The position numbers were made by a program, and so were the translations under genes. Below the pieces are notes generated by a model. The model saw only the letters and a list, made by a program, of their open reading frames with translations. It was not told the DNA's origin and did not search any database. A stretch of DNA of 64,000 bases, the filler included, from Dimargaris cristalligena (taxonomy: Eukaryota), in the NCBI GenBank assembly GCA_003614675.1. It is 8 parts of 8 records of this genome, joined end to end, with 100 filler letters (N's around TTAATTAATTAA, not from the genome) between each part and the next. Parts side by side here need not be neighbours in the genome. Positions count along the whole stretch, not along the records: positions 8,256 to 16,398 come from ML003352.1; positions 16,499 to 24,622 come from ML003353.1; positions 24,723 to 32,839 come from ML003354.1; 5 more parts are not named here. One strand, 5' to 3'. Numbering within the stretch: position 1 is the stretch's first letter; every line of letters begins with the position of its first letter. This document shows, piece after piece, positions 13,352 through 25,755 of the stretch.

Positions 13352-14769
13352 TTATAGGATGATATAGTAACGGCTATAGTAAAGTCCCAAGTATAGGACG
13401 AGCCAATCACAGAGATGGAATCCGTGGGACGGGGGAAATGAATTTCCAACATTATGCACCATACATTTTTTCTGGGCATTTTTAAAGCCCAGCGCACCTG
13501 CGTAGCGGCAGTCATAATAAATGTGGCGGGCTATTTCGGCATCTTGTTCGGGGCCGGAATCATCAAACTCCAAAAGCAACAGAGCCGTATAGGCGTACAA
13601 GTCAGGTACGATCAGTGGCCCACTATCTTTCAGGCTCCATAGTTCCATTAATTTGGCGAATTGACCAGCGGTGGCTAGGACGGCACTGACGCTGGCTACA
13701 AGTTGATTGATATGGGCCTCGATAATATCATTACTCCACATGCCGTGGAAGTCTTCGTTAAATATCGCGAGGATTAGGTCGCCTCTATATAGGTCTTGAA
13801 CCTCCTCAGCCGGTACATTGGCGATAAAGAAGTGGACAGCTAGTAATAATTGCGCGATTTCAGTCGCCGCTAAGGTCGGTAAAAGGTATAGCAAGGGAAA
13901 AATGACCCGCTTGTGCGTGGCACTTAGTGCAGTGTAATCCAGATACGCCCACTCCTCTACAATGGCTGCTTTTTTTGAATAGTCAGACATACCGACCCAG
14001 TCCGCCCGGTCAGCCCCAAAGGCCTCGTTATTCGGTGACTCTAATCTTCCTGTAATATGGCCACCGAATTCCTGCCAAGCGAAGGTCATGATCGTATCCA
14101 TCGGTTGCATTGGAAAGAGCGCTTGAAATTGGCTCAGGCTGATCGGGTCACGTTTTCGCAAAAGCTCATTAAAATGGCGCATAAGCTTCCGGACACGAAA
14201 AGATATAGCAATGGTTATGGTCCAATGAATAATGGCCGTGGCCAAGACGAGTTAGCCATTGATTTCGAAAAGGGGGATATTGAACACTATCAGTGCACTG
14301 AGGTGCCGGTCACTTGCGAACAATCCTCTAGTGTAGCAATGCGGTAGGATACATACTATGCAAAATGGCCAGTCGAGCAACACTCTATACGGGACCTTAT
14401 TTTGACTGGAGCCAGTGAACTTGCCTCGAAATAGGCCTGGCTGTCACGGTGACTCTTGACAACTCTGCTCCAATATCGGTTAACCGCGGTCATTGGTACC
14501 CGGTCGCTATATGGTAAATAATCCAGGGTACTGTGGATAAGTTCAGGGGGAGGGGGCATCAATGAGGCCAGTTTGCTGGAAGGAGACTTGCCTTTAGCAC
14601 CGCCGCTTGATGCGCTGCCATTTGGTTTGTCACTGGGCTGACTATCCCCCGCGCCATTGGAGACCTCACTCCCAGAGTTGTTACTATCGTTAATGGGCTG
14701 AGGCCAACTGGCTGCGCGGTGGACCACGGTTAGGCCAAGTAGGGTCACGGATACAACATACAGCTTCAT
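13352..14769 (-). CDS. Putative secreted F-box protein (signal peptide, Ser/Gly linker, F-box, helical domain); multi-exon model uncertain
   Basis: MKLYVVSVTLLGLTVVHRAAS resembles a signal peptide. LMPPPPELIHSTLDYLPYSDRVPMTAVNRYWSRVV fits the F-box consensus. A 297-codon same-strand ORF follows about 110 nt later and is probably joined by short introns. Confidence 0.65.
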
Positions 14770-16398
14770 GGTCTACATGCGACAGTAAGCAAGGGAGAGT
14801 GGGTGGGAAGTAGGGCGGGGAAGAGCTGAATAGTATATGACCAGCGGATATACAAGGTAGAATATGGCTGTAAAAAGCATTGACATGGACGCGTAGGTAA
14901 ATATCGGCCAGGGTTTAGAGGATAAAATGGAACAATGATTGAACCGAGTAGAGGGAAAGGCGGCAAGGTTATGTATTCAGAAAGGTAGCTAAAAAAACTG
15001 CTGACTGGTGGGGACATGTCCGGTGAGGGCTACAATTGAGCGACTCGTCTGTATCAACAGAGAGAGGTACGGATGTATTTCACAACCACACCCGAACTGG
15101 CGAATTTATATTACAATAGGATATAGGAGCTATTCCCATATTCCTTGTAACAGGGGGGAAGGGAGGGTGCTCCAAATCTGGATCAGGTACTCCCTAGCCA
15201 TGCCACATAGGTGGGTGTACAAATGTCCCCACTTTTAGATTAGTCCGCCTAAAGCAAGGGCCACCGAATAGGCGATGCTATGGTTAAACAGCTCGGCAAC
15301 TACGTAACCAGTTGCTTCACTGAGGTCTATCACCTGTTCACCCATTAGAGAAGACCGCCTGACTAACAGGGACCCCCATCCCTTTAGGAATAATCTCATG
15401 AAGGCCTCAGGTGGTCCCACTGTATTCATCAGTTAAAAGGGGATCCACAAGAAAAGATGGAGCCAGACGGATTAGGATGGGGTTATTAACCAACGCGTTG
15501 GTAAAGCATGTCCCTCAACAGCTATGCATTGTCATACTTGGCCATTATTCCATTCCCGAATTGATGGGGACATCAGACAAAGAATCCACTCATGATATTT
15601 TGGTGAAACCAGATCTTGATTTCCCGTTTGACTCCCCCGAGCCCTCTCGTCTCCAGTCATAATGGAAGGCGCTCGGGGTTGTCAACCAATTTCAATTCAC
15701 CATTATTTCCAATAACGGCCTGGTGGATAGCCAGCATCGCCCCTTTCCCACCCTTCTTGAACCTGTTGACAATTCAAACACGACTCATCAGGTCTTCCGT
15801 ACGGGCGTGTGACCCATACTACCCCAACCAACGGCATTTGAAGAATCTGGTCAATTGTCATTAAAAACATACTGGCCCTAGTTGGGATGGCGCAACTAGG
15901 AAACGCATGCTACTTTTGCGATACATAATTTACCCGAACCCCCCATGAGATAATGTGGCAAGGACCCAATAGTTGCTAGTGGGCCTGTCCGTATGGGAAC
16001 AGCCGTACATGTTTAATCGTACATGGCCATCACCACAATTGTTACCTGAGATATTCCCGTTGATAATAGTATGGTCCTGGGCGGATCAGTGAGACTGAAG
16101 TCCATGGGATACCCTGTATAATAGGAGCGGTCGTAGAACAAGGTATGGCTAATTATAGAGGAGGGTTGGAATAATAAAAAATTTAGGACAGAACTGGACT
16201 ATTGAGGATAGCTAAGATATTCGCGAATTGACCAGCTTATGTAAAGGGGGACGGCAGTGCCACTAACTGTAGTGGCCTGCTTCCATAGTTTGGACAGGGA
16301 GGGGGTTAGAGCGCGAATCGACCTAGGTTATCGATGGCTATAGTGTAACCAAGTGGGCCGAGTAGGGCCAAGAACTATAGATAAGAATAACAAAGATG

Positions 16399-16498
16399 NN
16401 NNNNNNNNNNNNNNNNNNNNNNNNNNNNNNNNNNNNNNNNNNTTAATTAATTAANNNNNNNNNNNNNNNNNNNNNNNNNNNNNNNNNNNNNNNNNNNN
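16399..16498. other. Artificial contig-joining spacer
   Basis: N44-TTAATTAATTAA-N44. Confidence 0.99.
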
Positions 16499-19400
16499 AC
16501 GTGATAATGCAGATGCTGCTCCAGTACCGATGGTGGACCCAGTCAGAGTTCGCCGATCGGGCACCTTTTCACCAGCCTGGGCGCTGTCTAAAAGCATGTG
16601 TGTTTTCGGGGTCACCGTCAGTTGAACCTTTACTAGACTGACCGTAAAGGGGGGACTTTGGGTTTGCGGCCGAGTTGTCACCTTGAGAACCAGGCGGTAC
16701 CGGTGGTCGGAAAACCCGTAGTCCCGGAATACAACGGGGTGGTCGGGGGTTGCCAAGGTAAAGTCAACGGGGGGCGGTGTGATTTCAAATGGATCCGGGT
16801 CAGACTCGGCTCTTAGCCTGGGGTCGATAGGGACCGGGGCCGCTGGTTGCCGAGAAGGTGGTCCTAAGGGGGTTGGAGAGGACTGTGCTGCTTCTAGCCT
16901 ACGGCGGGTCAGAGTCACCTGATCCGTGGAAATGACGGGTGGGTCAAGCAGGGTTGAGGTCGGCTCAGTCTCAGCCACGGCGTCTAATGTCGGGTCCGAG
17001 GGCTGACAGGCGAACCCTGGTGGGTTGAGCTGGATTTTAGGGGAGTTGAAAGTTGACCAGTCAATTTCATCGGTATCCAAGCGTTGGGAAAAGGAGCGGA
17101 GGGGTGTGCGTAGAATGGGGACATCGCCACCGTTCAGGGTGGCGCGGGGCAATGTCGGGGGAGGCGGCGGGAATATAGAGAAGCGCCGATCTGGGGCTAA
17201 ACCCGACCCGGGCGCCGCCACGGCCAGAGCCCGGGGCCCAAGACTGACCCGGCGAACATGTTCCAATTGTCGGAACATTGTCCGCCGACGCTGGATATCG
17301 ATATGCCCCCCAAAGTCCCACTTGGACCGTTCGGGGGGTTTTACTGGGTGCGGGGGCGAGCCTGGGATCGAGGCGAGGGCCGGGGTTGTTCGATCGAAGG
17401 GATTGTTGGCAATATCAGAGGATGCTGCTAGGGGTGGAGAGCGCATGCCCGTTGATTCGTCTGATTCGCTATCGGTCGAGCTCCAGTCGTCGGAGGACCC
17501 GGACGATCCTCCACCAAAATCATCCTTGTTTAGATAGAACAGGCCCGATTTGGAGAATTCTTCAATAACCAGGATGGGGGACTCTGCGGATACCGCCAAA
17601 CAGCCAAGCTGGCTCTGCGCATCGACAAGAGTAAGTCGGGGGGCTAGAAATTCACCAGGAATCGGCTCTGTTACAGCGGCAGCAGGGTGGGTGGCTGATA
17701 CGGTTGGGGATCGGAAAAAGGGATCCGTATGCGTAAGGGGAGTGGACTTGGTTGCTCCCGTACGCGTAGAGGAGTCGTGGTGGTGGGTCACCCCCGCTGG
17801 TGGATTAGAAAGGGGTTGGAGGAAGCCTGTCCGGAACGGGGCCTCAAAAACGAAGAGAAAGGATATTTGGCCCAAGGCGGACAGCAACTTTGCCGTAGTA
17901 TCCTCGGTGGCGTGGGCCGCAGCCGACTCCGCCAGTGGCCCGTGAGGGTTCTCGACCCAGACGGAGAGTTGGGCATGCTGAAGGCCGTGGGTTTCGGGGA
18001 GTACCGCCACGGTGGTGCTCCCCGAGGTTCCCGAGCCCGAGCCCGGGCGCCGGTTAGCGGGATTGCTAAACAGCTGGTCTGCAACGGATGGACGAGGGGG
18101 CAGCGCGACCGGGGCCGGAGGAGGTAGTATCAGCTGCCAGTGTACTGCTCCGTGTTGGGCCATGGCCTGGACCAACTGAACCTGGGGAAGATCCGAGTTT
18201 GGGGCCTGTAATAAAAAGTCGACGCGGTAGAACCGGGGGCTTGGGTGGGCAGTTGGCCTAGGGGTAGCCTTGGCCTGGCCCTCTGAATACCCCTCATCGC
18301 CAAGGTTATCACCAGCCAATTCTGACTCCACCGACGGACTCGGGGTGGGTCGCAGTTGGAAGTCCAGGAATACCATCGCCGTGCATTTCCAGCCTCGAGG
18401 CGATATGGTAATGTTCGAACTAAATTCAGCGTTCAAGTCATAGCAGTCGCTATTGAGAACCGAGACCCCCGATAGACGGTGAATATCGTCTAGTGACGTG
18501 GAATAAAATACCCGAGCATCCGGGGGAGGGGTAGGCACCGCCATATAATCATCAGCAGCTCGGTGATTTGTAGGGTCGTTCCGTGAATGATGAGCACCAC
18601 GAGTCGCGGCGGAGTCACATTCTAGCCCGGAGGTTCGAGTGAATGCCGCAGGTGGTTGGGTGGATGCCTCGTTAGCTGAGGTGAATTCTTGGTGGAGCGC
18701 CAGGCAACGATCCAAGAAGACCGATGGTGCCCATCCAAAACTCACGGTATCGGTGGGGCGGAAGTCGATTTTGAATGTAGTACTTGTCCGAGAAAGGGCG
18801 GAAGGATCAGTTGAGCCGCGCAGGTCAGTGGATGGGGCTCGGTGGGGGGTCACTAGAACCTGGCTAAGGGGTGGGGGGGAAAACCACATCCCCAACGGCT
18901 CAGCCGTTGGTTCGGTGGGCGGGTGATTGATGGTCAGGGTCAGAGAGTTGTGTAGGGCGGGGGGTAGATTGGCCAAAGTCAGGGACGCGAGATCCAAAGG
19001 GCTCCCGAAGGGCGGAGGGGTGTAGCGCCAAACAGGAATGGTCGTGACGATGGAAACGGCGTAGGCGCCGCTCTGAATGGCAAAAAAGCATACCGTTTTC
19101 TTATCCGGGCTGGAGGTGATATAAGAGGTCTCGGACGGATCGATAAAATGACGCCCCGCGGGCGGTGACTCGTTGGTCAGGCTGGTCACCGGAAGATCCC
19201 ACTGAAGCTCCGGATCAATGTCCTTCAGTGGACAATGCTCACCGTGGACGGGCCGGTCACCCTTACGCCGGGGCATGGTCTGGCTAAAACTTGCGCTACT
19301 GCTACTACTGTTTTCGCTTTCTGGACGGGATCCGGGCGGTTGGATCACGGGAGGCTTATTCTGACTTCGGAAGGTGGTGGGGATAGGTCGCCGCCGATGG

Positions 19401-20059
19401 GTTTCGGAACATTTACAAGCCCGGCGGGTCTGGGCGGTGGCTGAGAAGGGCATGGCCGCTAGTTGGGCGGTTTCCTCGTCTAGTTCGGCACTGCTTTCAG
19501 TGCGGGTTCGCCTGGGTGGATCAGGCGGACGGACATCACTCTGGACGGATGCGGAGGCGGCACCCAGGGGAACCTTGTCGCATACGTAGAGGGATTTGGG
19601 GGCTAGCGTGTCGGCAATGGACGGAGTGGGTTTTCGGAGGGTGGGGGAAGTGGAGAGCGGACGGAACGGTGATACGGACGGGTGGGGGGGCTGCAGTAAA
19701 CTTTTGAAGTGTTTGGCCTGGAGCCCCTGTGGGGTGACGGGAAGGGTGGACTGGGAGCGGGCCCGGGAGGAGTGGTCCTCCGGTGCAGCCCCCGCCCCTA
19801 ATAACAGGGTCGCGGAGGTTGTTGAGCGACTGATGGAACTATGGGGGCGGGAGAGGGCCCGGTCTTCAGGAGCCGGCGGCAGGGGCTCGATATGCTGGGA
19901 CACAATATCGCCAATGGCAGAGTAGGGAATGAGAGGAATAGTGGTCTCGGGCCGGGTAGCCTCAAGCTTCACTCTGATTTCCAAAAGCAATTGTCCGTTG
20001 TCCAGGGTTTCACCGTCTAAAGTGACTTGGTCAAACCGATACGGAGGGATCTCATCCAT
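16499..20059 (-). CDS. Large Pro/Ser/Thr-rich hypothetical protein, 3'-truncated at the contig end
   Basis: Uninterrupted ORF of more than 1180 codons. Likely start MDEIPPYRF at 20059, with an upstream ATG at 20284. No family recognised. Confidence 0.75.
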
Positions 20060-21302
20060 GGCGGCGTGCGTACGGCTAGGGGCCGGGTGGGGGTGCAAAA
20101 ATACGGCAATGAAATAGGGGCTGCAAAAGACGGAAGGGCGGGTATTAAGAAGAAGAGGGGAATGCAACCCGGAAGTATTTGAGCAAGGAAAGCAGAATGA
20201 ACCAGGTGCGGGAAGGGGAAGTTGAGAAAAGGAGTGGTACACTGAACTGGCCAGCGGGGTTTGAATTATAGGGAGGGCATGCATATCGTTAAGAAGGGAA
20301 GCACACTACCAACAGTCGGAAGCGCAGTGGGTTGCGGGGACAATCAACGACCATCACGCTTCTTGGGCCACTGGTCGCTGGGGGCCAATGCCTCGCTGGC
20401 CAAAGTACAGCATGGCCAAACGTCGCACGAACATGTTCCCAGCCTGATTGGACAATACCATCGTAATTATGTTTTGAGTTGGTCGTTTTCAAAGGCTACC
20501 ACGGCTCAGCCGGACTTGCAAAACCGTTCACACCCAACCCCACTAATTACCACCAATCAGTACTGTCCTAGGGTTCGACTTGGCTCTTGTTCACCCGAAC
20601 CAATTTGGTGGCATTGTCGTTGTCTTTGCACCGTTGTCCCCCCCTGCAGGGTGAATATAATGGGTTGAGACTGTTTCGAAGGCCGTCAAATCGCTTTAAC
20701 AGACAGGAAAAAAACGCCCCATTGATAGGAAATCGGTGAGTGAGTGCAACCAGCCCAGGCCTAGTAACAAAAAATAAAAGAAAAGAGAGTCACAAATTAA
20801 AGGAGCCCTAGGTATCATCTGGAATACAATATATATAAAAAAAGAGCGTGGATAATCATCAGAGCCTAAATTAAATGCAGTGGTCAGTGTGCAGATGGGA
20901 TGCATACCCAGCTATTGGCGGGGCCCTAGGCATGATACTACACCAGCGTCACCAAGAAATGGTGAGTGATATACAGCATATTGGAATAACAAACCCCGGA
21001 TTTTAATGCCCTGCCCGTGAGATCCCTTGGGCTCAAAGGACCAAGGTCTCGTTTTATTCATCTTGAAAACCGGGTAACGCCAATGGCACTCTGCCGGCCG
21101 ACTTTATTTCCGTGAATCAATAAGATATTACATACTTATGTACAAGAAGGATGGCCTGATCGCGCACCATAAGTGATAAATACAGGTTAGTTGGGACCAG
21201 CTACTTCGCTTATCAAACGGAGCAGGTTTCGGGGTTCAACAGTACCCTCCTAGTGGTAATCCGTTGAATTCGCAATTTCGAACCAGCCGTCGCGTAAAAA
21301 CC

Positions 21303-22187
21303 TCACGTCCCTTTGATCGACTCGAGGGTTTGGAGGGATCGATACAGAAGTAGGCTGATGGTCTGAAAATGTTCGAGACGCCTGAGGTTCTGTACCGTAC
21401 GGACAGTGTCTTCTAGGTTTGAATTGGCGATATTGACTTTGCTACTGGTGGCTAGGAGAGACCGCTGGAAATGGGGGAAAGGCAATGGGAGTAGTAATAT
21501 AAGGGAGCGGAACTGGGCTGCATTAGTGAGGGCAAAAGATAGGTTAGGGTCAGAGGGGCCCAAATGAGGGGTCTATAAAACAAAAATAATGTAAACTAAA
21601 TCTATATATTTATATATGGGCTCATCTACCTTGTCTGCCACGATTTTAGGAACCCGCTTCTGGATAGCTTTGTGAACCACCTCCTGGGTCGAAGTGTATT
21701 CATGGGGAATGGCCGCTAAAAGCCGAGGCAGCGAAGCATACAGGCGATGGGATTTCCGTTTAAGCACACCGTCCTGGGCCAGGGATGTACCGCTGGATGT
21801 GGACTGGGGAAGAATATTGAAGAGGGAACTCCGACGGGAAGGAGCAATGAGAGCTTCCAAGGGAGTGGACCAGGTGGTCGGGGACAAGGCCGCGGTGGAA
21901 CGAGGGAGAGATAAGTTGGTCAGGGAGTGGTTGAGAGCCGCTAGAGAGGACGAAAAAAGGTGAGGCGAGGTTGGGCTAGTGGCAAGGGTCGGGGAGCGGG
22001 GCCGGGGACGGGTGGACGACGCGCGCAGGGGCACTTGGGGTGTGGGGCCGTCAAAAAGGCGTGGGGACGTCAGCGTAGGTCGCCCTGACGATCTGGGAAA
22101 CAGGGGGGAGCGAGGGGGCGCTATAACGGGCGTGGCATGGTGGAAAGAAGCGGAGGACAAGGTCGGTGGTGGTTTGGAGACGCCCAT
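21303..22187 (-). CDS. BORCS8: BORC subunit 8 (MEF2BNB)-like protein with a Pro/Ser-rich N-terminal extension; 2 exons (22187-21630, 21464-21303), 239 aa
   Basis: The spliced C-terminus IPHEYT...AIQKRVPKIVADK|RSL...LEDTVRTVQNL...HFQTISLLLYRSL parallels BORCS8 as recalled (LANEPS...HVRRSLPELAQHK...VEYACSAVKNL...YFRSVEGLLKQAI). Confidence 0.6.
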
Positions 22188-22870
22188 GGGTATTGACCAA
22201 GCAAAGCGGGGAACAGGCCGAGTCTACAAGGGTGAACGGGAATCCAAAGAACTACTTAACGAAAGGGAAAACAAAGTCAATGGGGTCGGAGTTGTTTGGC
22301 CGGGCGAGGGCGTGATTCCGGGAGATGACCACAATAAATACGGGCGCATGGACCAAAAAGAATAAACAGAAAGGTGAGAAGTTCAGCTCCAAGAAGCCTT
22401 TAGGCTGGTTAATCGGCAGCAACCTAGGGTTAGGGTGAAGCTGGGAATGGCTGAGGGAATGTGCAGGCAGGATTTAAGGGTGTACAGTAAGTTGCTGGAG
22501 GAGGGGGGGGGCTGCCAAGTGTTTATATAGGCCGTGGAGAAAGTGCGCATACACCCAGCATACCTTCCTTTATCTCTTTATATATAACATATTATATATG
22601 CGCATATATAAGCCCATGGCCCCACTCTATCGCCGGCCCGTGAACCCCGCCCTCGTTCTTCTAGGCTCCGTTTGATTTTCTCATTTACCGATACCTTGTT
22701 CTAACATAAGCGCTCACTTGGGCCTCTCTCTCCTTGCATCAGCCAGCCTGCTTTTGGTCCCTTGTGCCCCCTTGGTGAATGACTTTGGTCTTCCTCGGCT
22801 GTTGCTAAATACTGTGCCACATCCCGTCAACCCAAAGTCCAGTTTCCCTTACTTAACCTTTCCTCTACCC

Positions 22871-24622
22871 ATGGGTTCCCTCACCGACCTCGACAATACC
22901 GTATATGACTGCATTGTCCTAGGAACGGGGCTTCCCGAGTCCATCCTGGCCGCGTAAGTGTCTACTAATGTTGAGGTAACGCCTGGTCATGGTTTCAACC
23001 GCTTTTACAGATGGACCCTGCCCGTTCAGGTTCAACTGCCGTCGTCTCTCGTAATCGGCCATGGGGCCCTTGTTTCGCCCACCACCTGTATGCCGAAAAG
23101 GTAGCTAACACCTGGATTGTGTACCACTTTTGCCTATCCTCCAATTCACACTATATTTGCTGGCCAGAGCGTTGGCTCGGAATGACCAGTCCGTACTTCA
23201 TATCGATACCAATGACTATTATGGGGCCAACTGGACCTGCTTCAATCTAGCCGAGTTTCTACGCTGGGGCCTCCAGCTGCCAGCCGACCACACCGGTAAG
23301 TGTTTTTATTGGGCAGCCATGTCTCGGTATAGAGTAGCATTACCCTCGTCTTATTTGTACTCGCTATGCGCGCAATTAATTAACCCGTGCCCGAGCGCCC
23401 GCTGTCCGGAGTAGATAGGCCGCGGGGCCCAAGCCGGCGTAAAGACCGTATTCCCACATATCCCCGAATATACGCCATTCATATGTTCTACACCATTACA
23501 AGTCCATGGTTACTGAATACTGAGGGTCCGTGGTGCTGTGGCCCCCATTTATTACTACCATTCAACTGGCCCCAGCTACTCAGTTAGTTTCTCGTACGAA
23601 CCCCTCTCTGTACCCCATGCCAAATCAATTTATCTCAACTAGGGCATACATTGGCCGCGTATGCCACACCACGTATTGAACTTAACCCGCTCTTCTCCGC
23701 GGATCAGGTTTCCCGCGCCTTTGGCGATTCGTTAGCAAGCCCAATCGAGACGCTTCGTCGGGAAACTGAACCCTTTGTGGGTACTGCCCCATCTCCAGTT
23801 TATACACACTATCATTCCTTCTTCCACCAGGTCCACCAAATCATCCAATCTCTCCAGTTTGATCCCGAACCACTCGTTGGGGGGGAGGGCCTCCTTATGC
23901 CCCAGCCAAACTCGACAGTGTGGATGGAAGCAGCGGAGCTATTGTCCCACTACCTCGGCAGCCCCTTCGGTGCCTCTGCCCATTCGCTTAGTACGAACCA
24001 TACCAACTCAGCCGTGCATACACTGGTTTCGCGTTTTCTTACACTAGCTCAGCTGCTAGCACGCAACCGCGACTTCAACATTGACCTTGCCCCCAAGGTG
24101 ACCCACTGTCGGGGACCCCTTGTAGACTTGTTGGTCTCGTCGGGTGTTGGAAAATACATGGAATTCCGGGGGCTGGATCAGGTATATTTGACCCATGGCT
24201 CCAATCGCCAAATTACCAAAGCCCCCAATTCCAAGGCGGACATCTTCACCAGTAAGAGCCTCACCCTAGTCGAGAAGCGCCGCCTAATGCAATGCCTGAC
24301 TAAGTTTTCGGATCCAGGGGAGGCCGACCCGCTTCTACAAGGTATTCTTATACGCTCAATAATACCGGGATGACCTAGGCATATAATGGGAATGATACCT
24401 TATAATACAACCCCCTTGGCCGCCGCTAACTATCTGATACCCCCTAAATACACGTCTACACTCCCCCATCAGATGCAGGCAACGTAAATTTTGCCCAATT
24501 CCTGGACGAACGCTTTCAAATTAAGGACCGACTACAGGACGCCATTATATACACCGTCGCTATAAGTGACCCGGTCAAGGAGCCCCAATCGGCTGAGCAA
24601 GGAATAGGGCGCATCCGCTCTT
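22871..24622 (+). CDS. MRS6: Rab escort protein (GDI/CHM family, Rab geranylgeranyltransferase component A), 3'-truncated
   Basis: YDCIVLGTGLPESILAA|ALAR...VLHIDTNDYYG, RDFNIDLAPK, LLVSSGVGKYMEF and PNSKADIFTSKSLTLVEKRRLM. The long insert after the first conserved region is typical of REP rather than GDI. Confidence 0.88.
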
Positions 24623-24722
24623 NNNNNNNNNNNNNNNNNNNNNNNNNNNNNNNNNNNNNNNNNNNNTTAATTAATTAANNNNNNNNNNNNNNNNNNNNNN
24701 NNNNNNNNNNNNNNNNNNNNNN
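24623..24722. other. Artificial contig-joining spacer
   Basis: N44-TTAATTAATTAA-N44. Confidence 0.99.
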
Positions 24723-25755
24723 TGGTGAGCACATTGATGAGTACCTTTAAATGGCGCTGGCCCGAAAGCTGGAGACTATGTAGGTCGGCTGCCTGGAATG
24801 GGGCATCGGGGCCGATAGAGGGATCGTCTAGACTAGGTAGTAGCGAGTCCAGGTAGAAGAAATGGGTAAAGCGCCGGAAGAGGGACTTTTGGGCTAGGGC
24901 CTGGTTCCGGAGGGCCTGTTCGAATGGATTTACACTTAACAGGAGCTCGGCCAAATACTGGTACATTACAATCACCCGCAGTAGGTAATGGATGGCCGAT
25001 TGAATAGTATCGGGTGCGGCTGTGGGCCTGCTTTGCGAAACGGCGGTCGCCGGGGTCTCGGTGCCTGCGGGTGATTCGATCATGAAAGACATCGTCCCGT
25101 GGGCCCACGTGGCTAAGAGTCGGGTATGCCATTCACCCACCAGGGTATTCGGGATTTCCGCGGGCAAGGCGGTTAAAAAGTAGACAATATTGGCCAACAG
25201 AGCATCGAGACTTCGGAAGGATCGGATGGAGGGGCCGATACGCTCAGCGGTCCGGGTTAGGGCACTCCCCAGGCGGAAATCATATTCGCCTAGAGTACGG
25301 CCCGTCGCGAGGGCGCAGACGGTCAGTAGGGCGTTGGTGGTGAGGACGTCGTCCAGTGCGGCGGGGGCATCCAACCAGGCTAGGCAATGGTCGAGTACCG
25401 CGGGGAGGACGTAAATGCGCTGTTCTCGAACGAGGTGGGGAATGCGGCGTAGCCAGCCTATCCAGAGGTGGGCACATGCCGACTGAAGGGCGCCGGGGGC
25501 CGTGGGGGAAGGGGGTTCCCGCAACTGGGCCTGAAGGACGGGATCGTCGAGAGACTGGGCCAATTGGAGTAAGGCCTGCAGGAAAGGCAGGGTATACCAC
25601 GAAGCTGGGAGACGCTGGGCATAGGGCTCCAGCACAAGCAGGGCCCGGACGGTGGGTAGGAACTCGGCCTGGGACTTGAACCGCACCAGCTGGCCATGGG
25701 CGTCTAGAAGGGTACGGGCGAGGGCCTGGGTTGTGCCCTTTGTCGGCGGGGACAT
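24723..25755 (-). CDS. Leu/Ala-rich helical (ARM/HEAT-like) hypothetical protein, 3'-truncated
   Basis: ATG at 25755, open to the contig end, with amphipathic-helix composition. Family not recognised. Confidence 0.7.

Noticed and set aside
15240..15900. Possible decayed minus-strand coding sequence
   Set aside because: About 7 stops in 120 codons is close to random expectation, and no motif was recognised.
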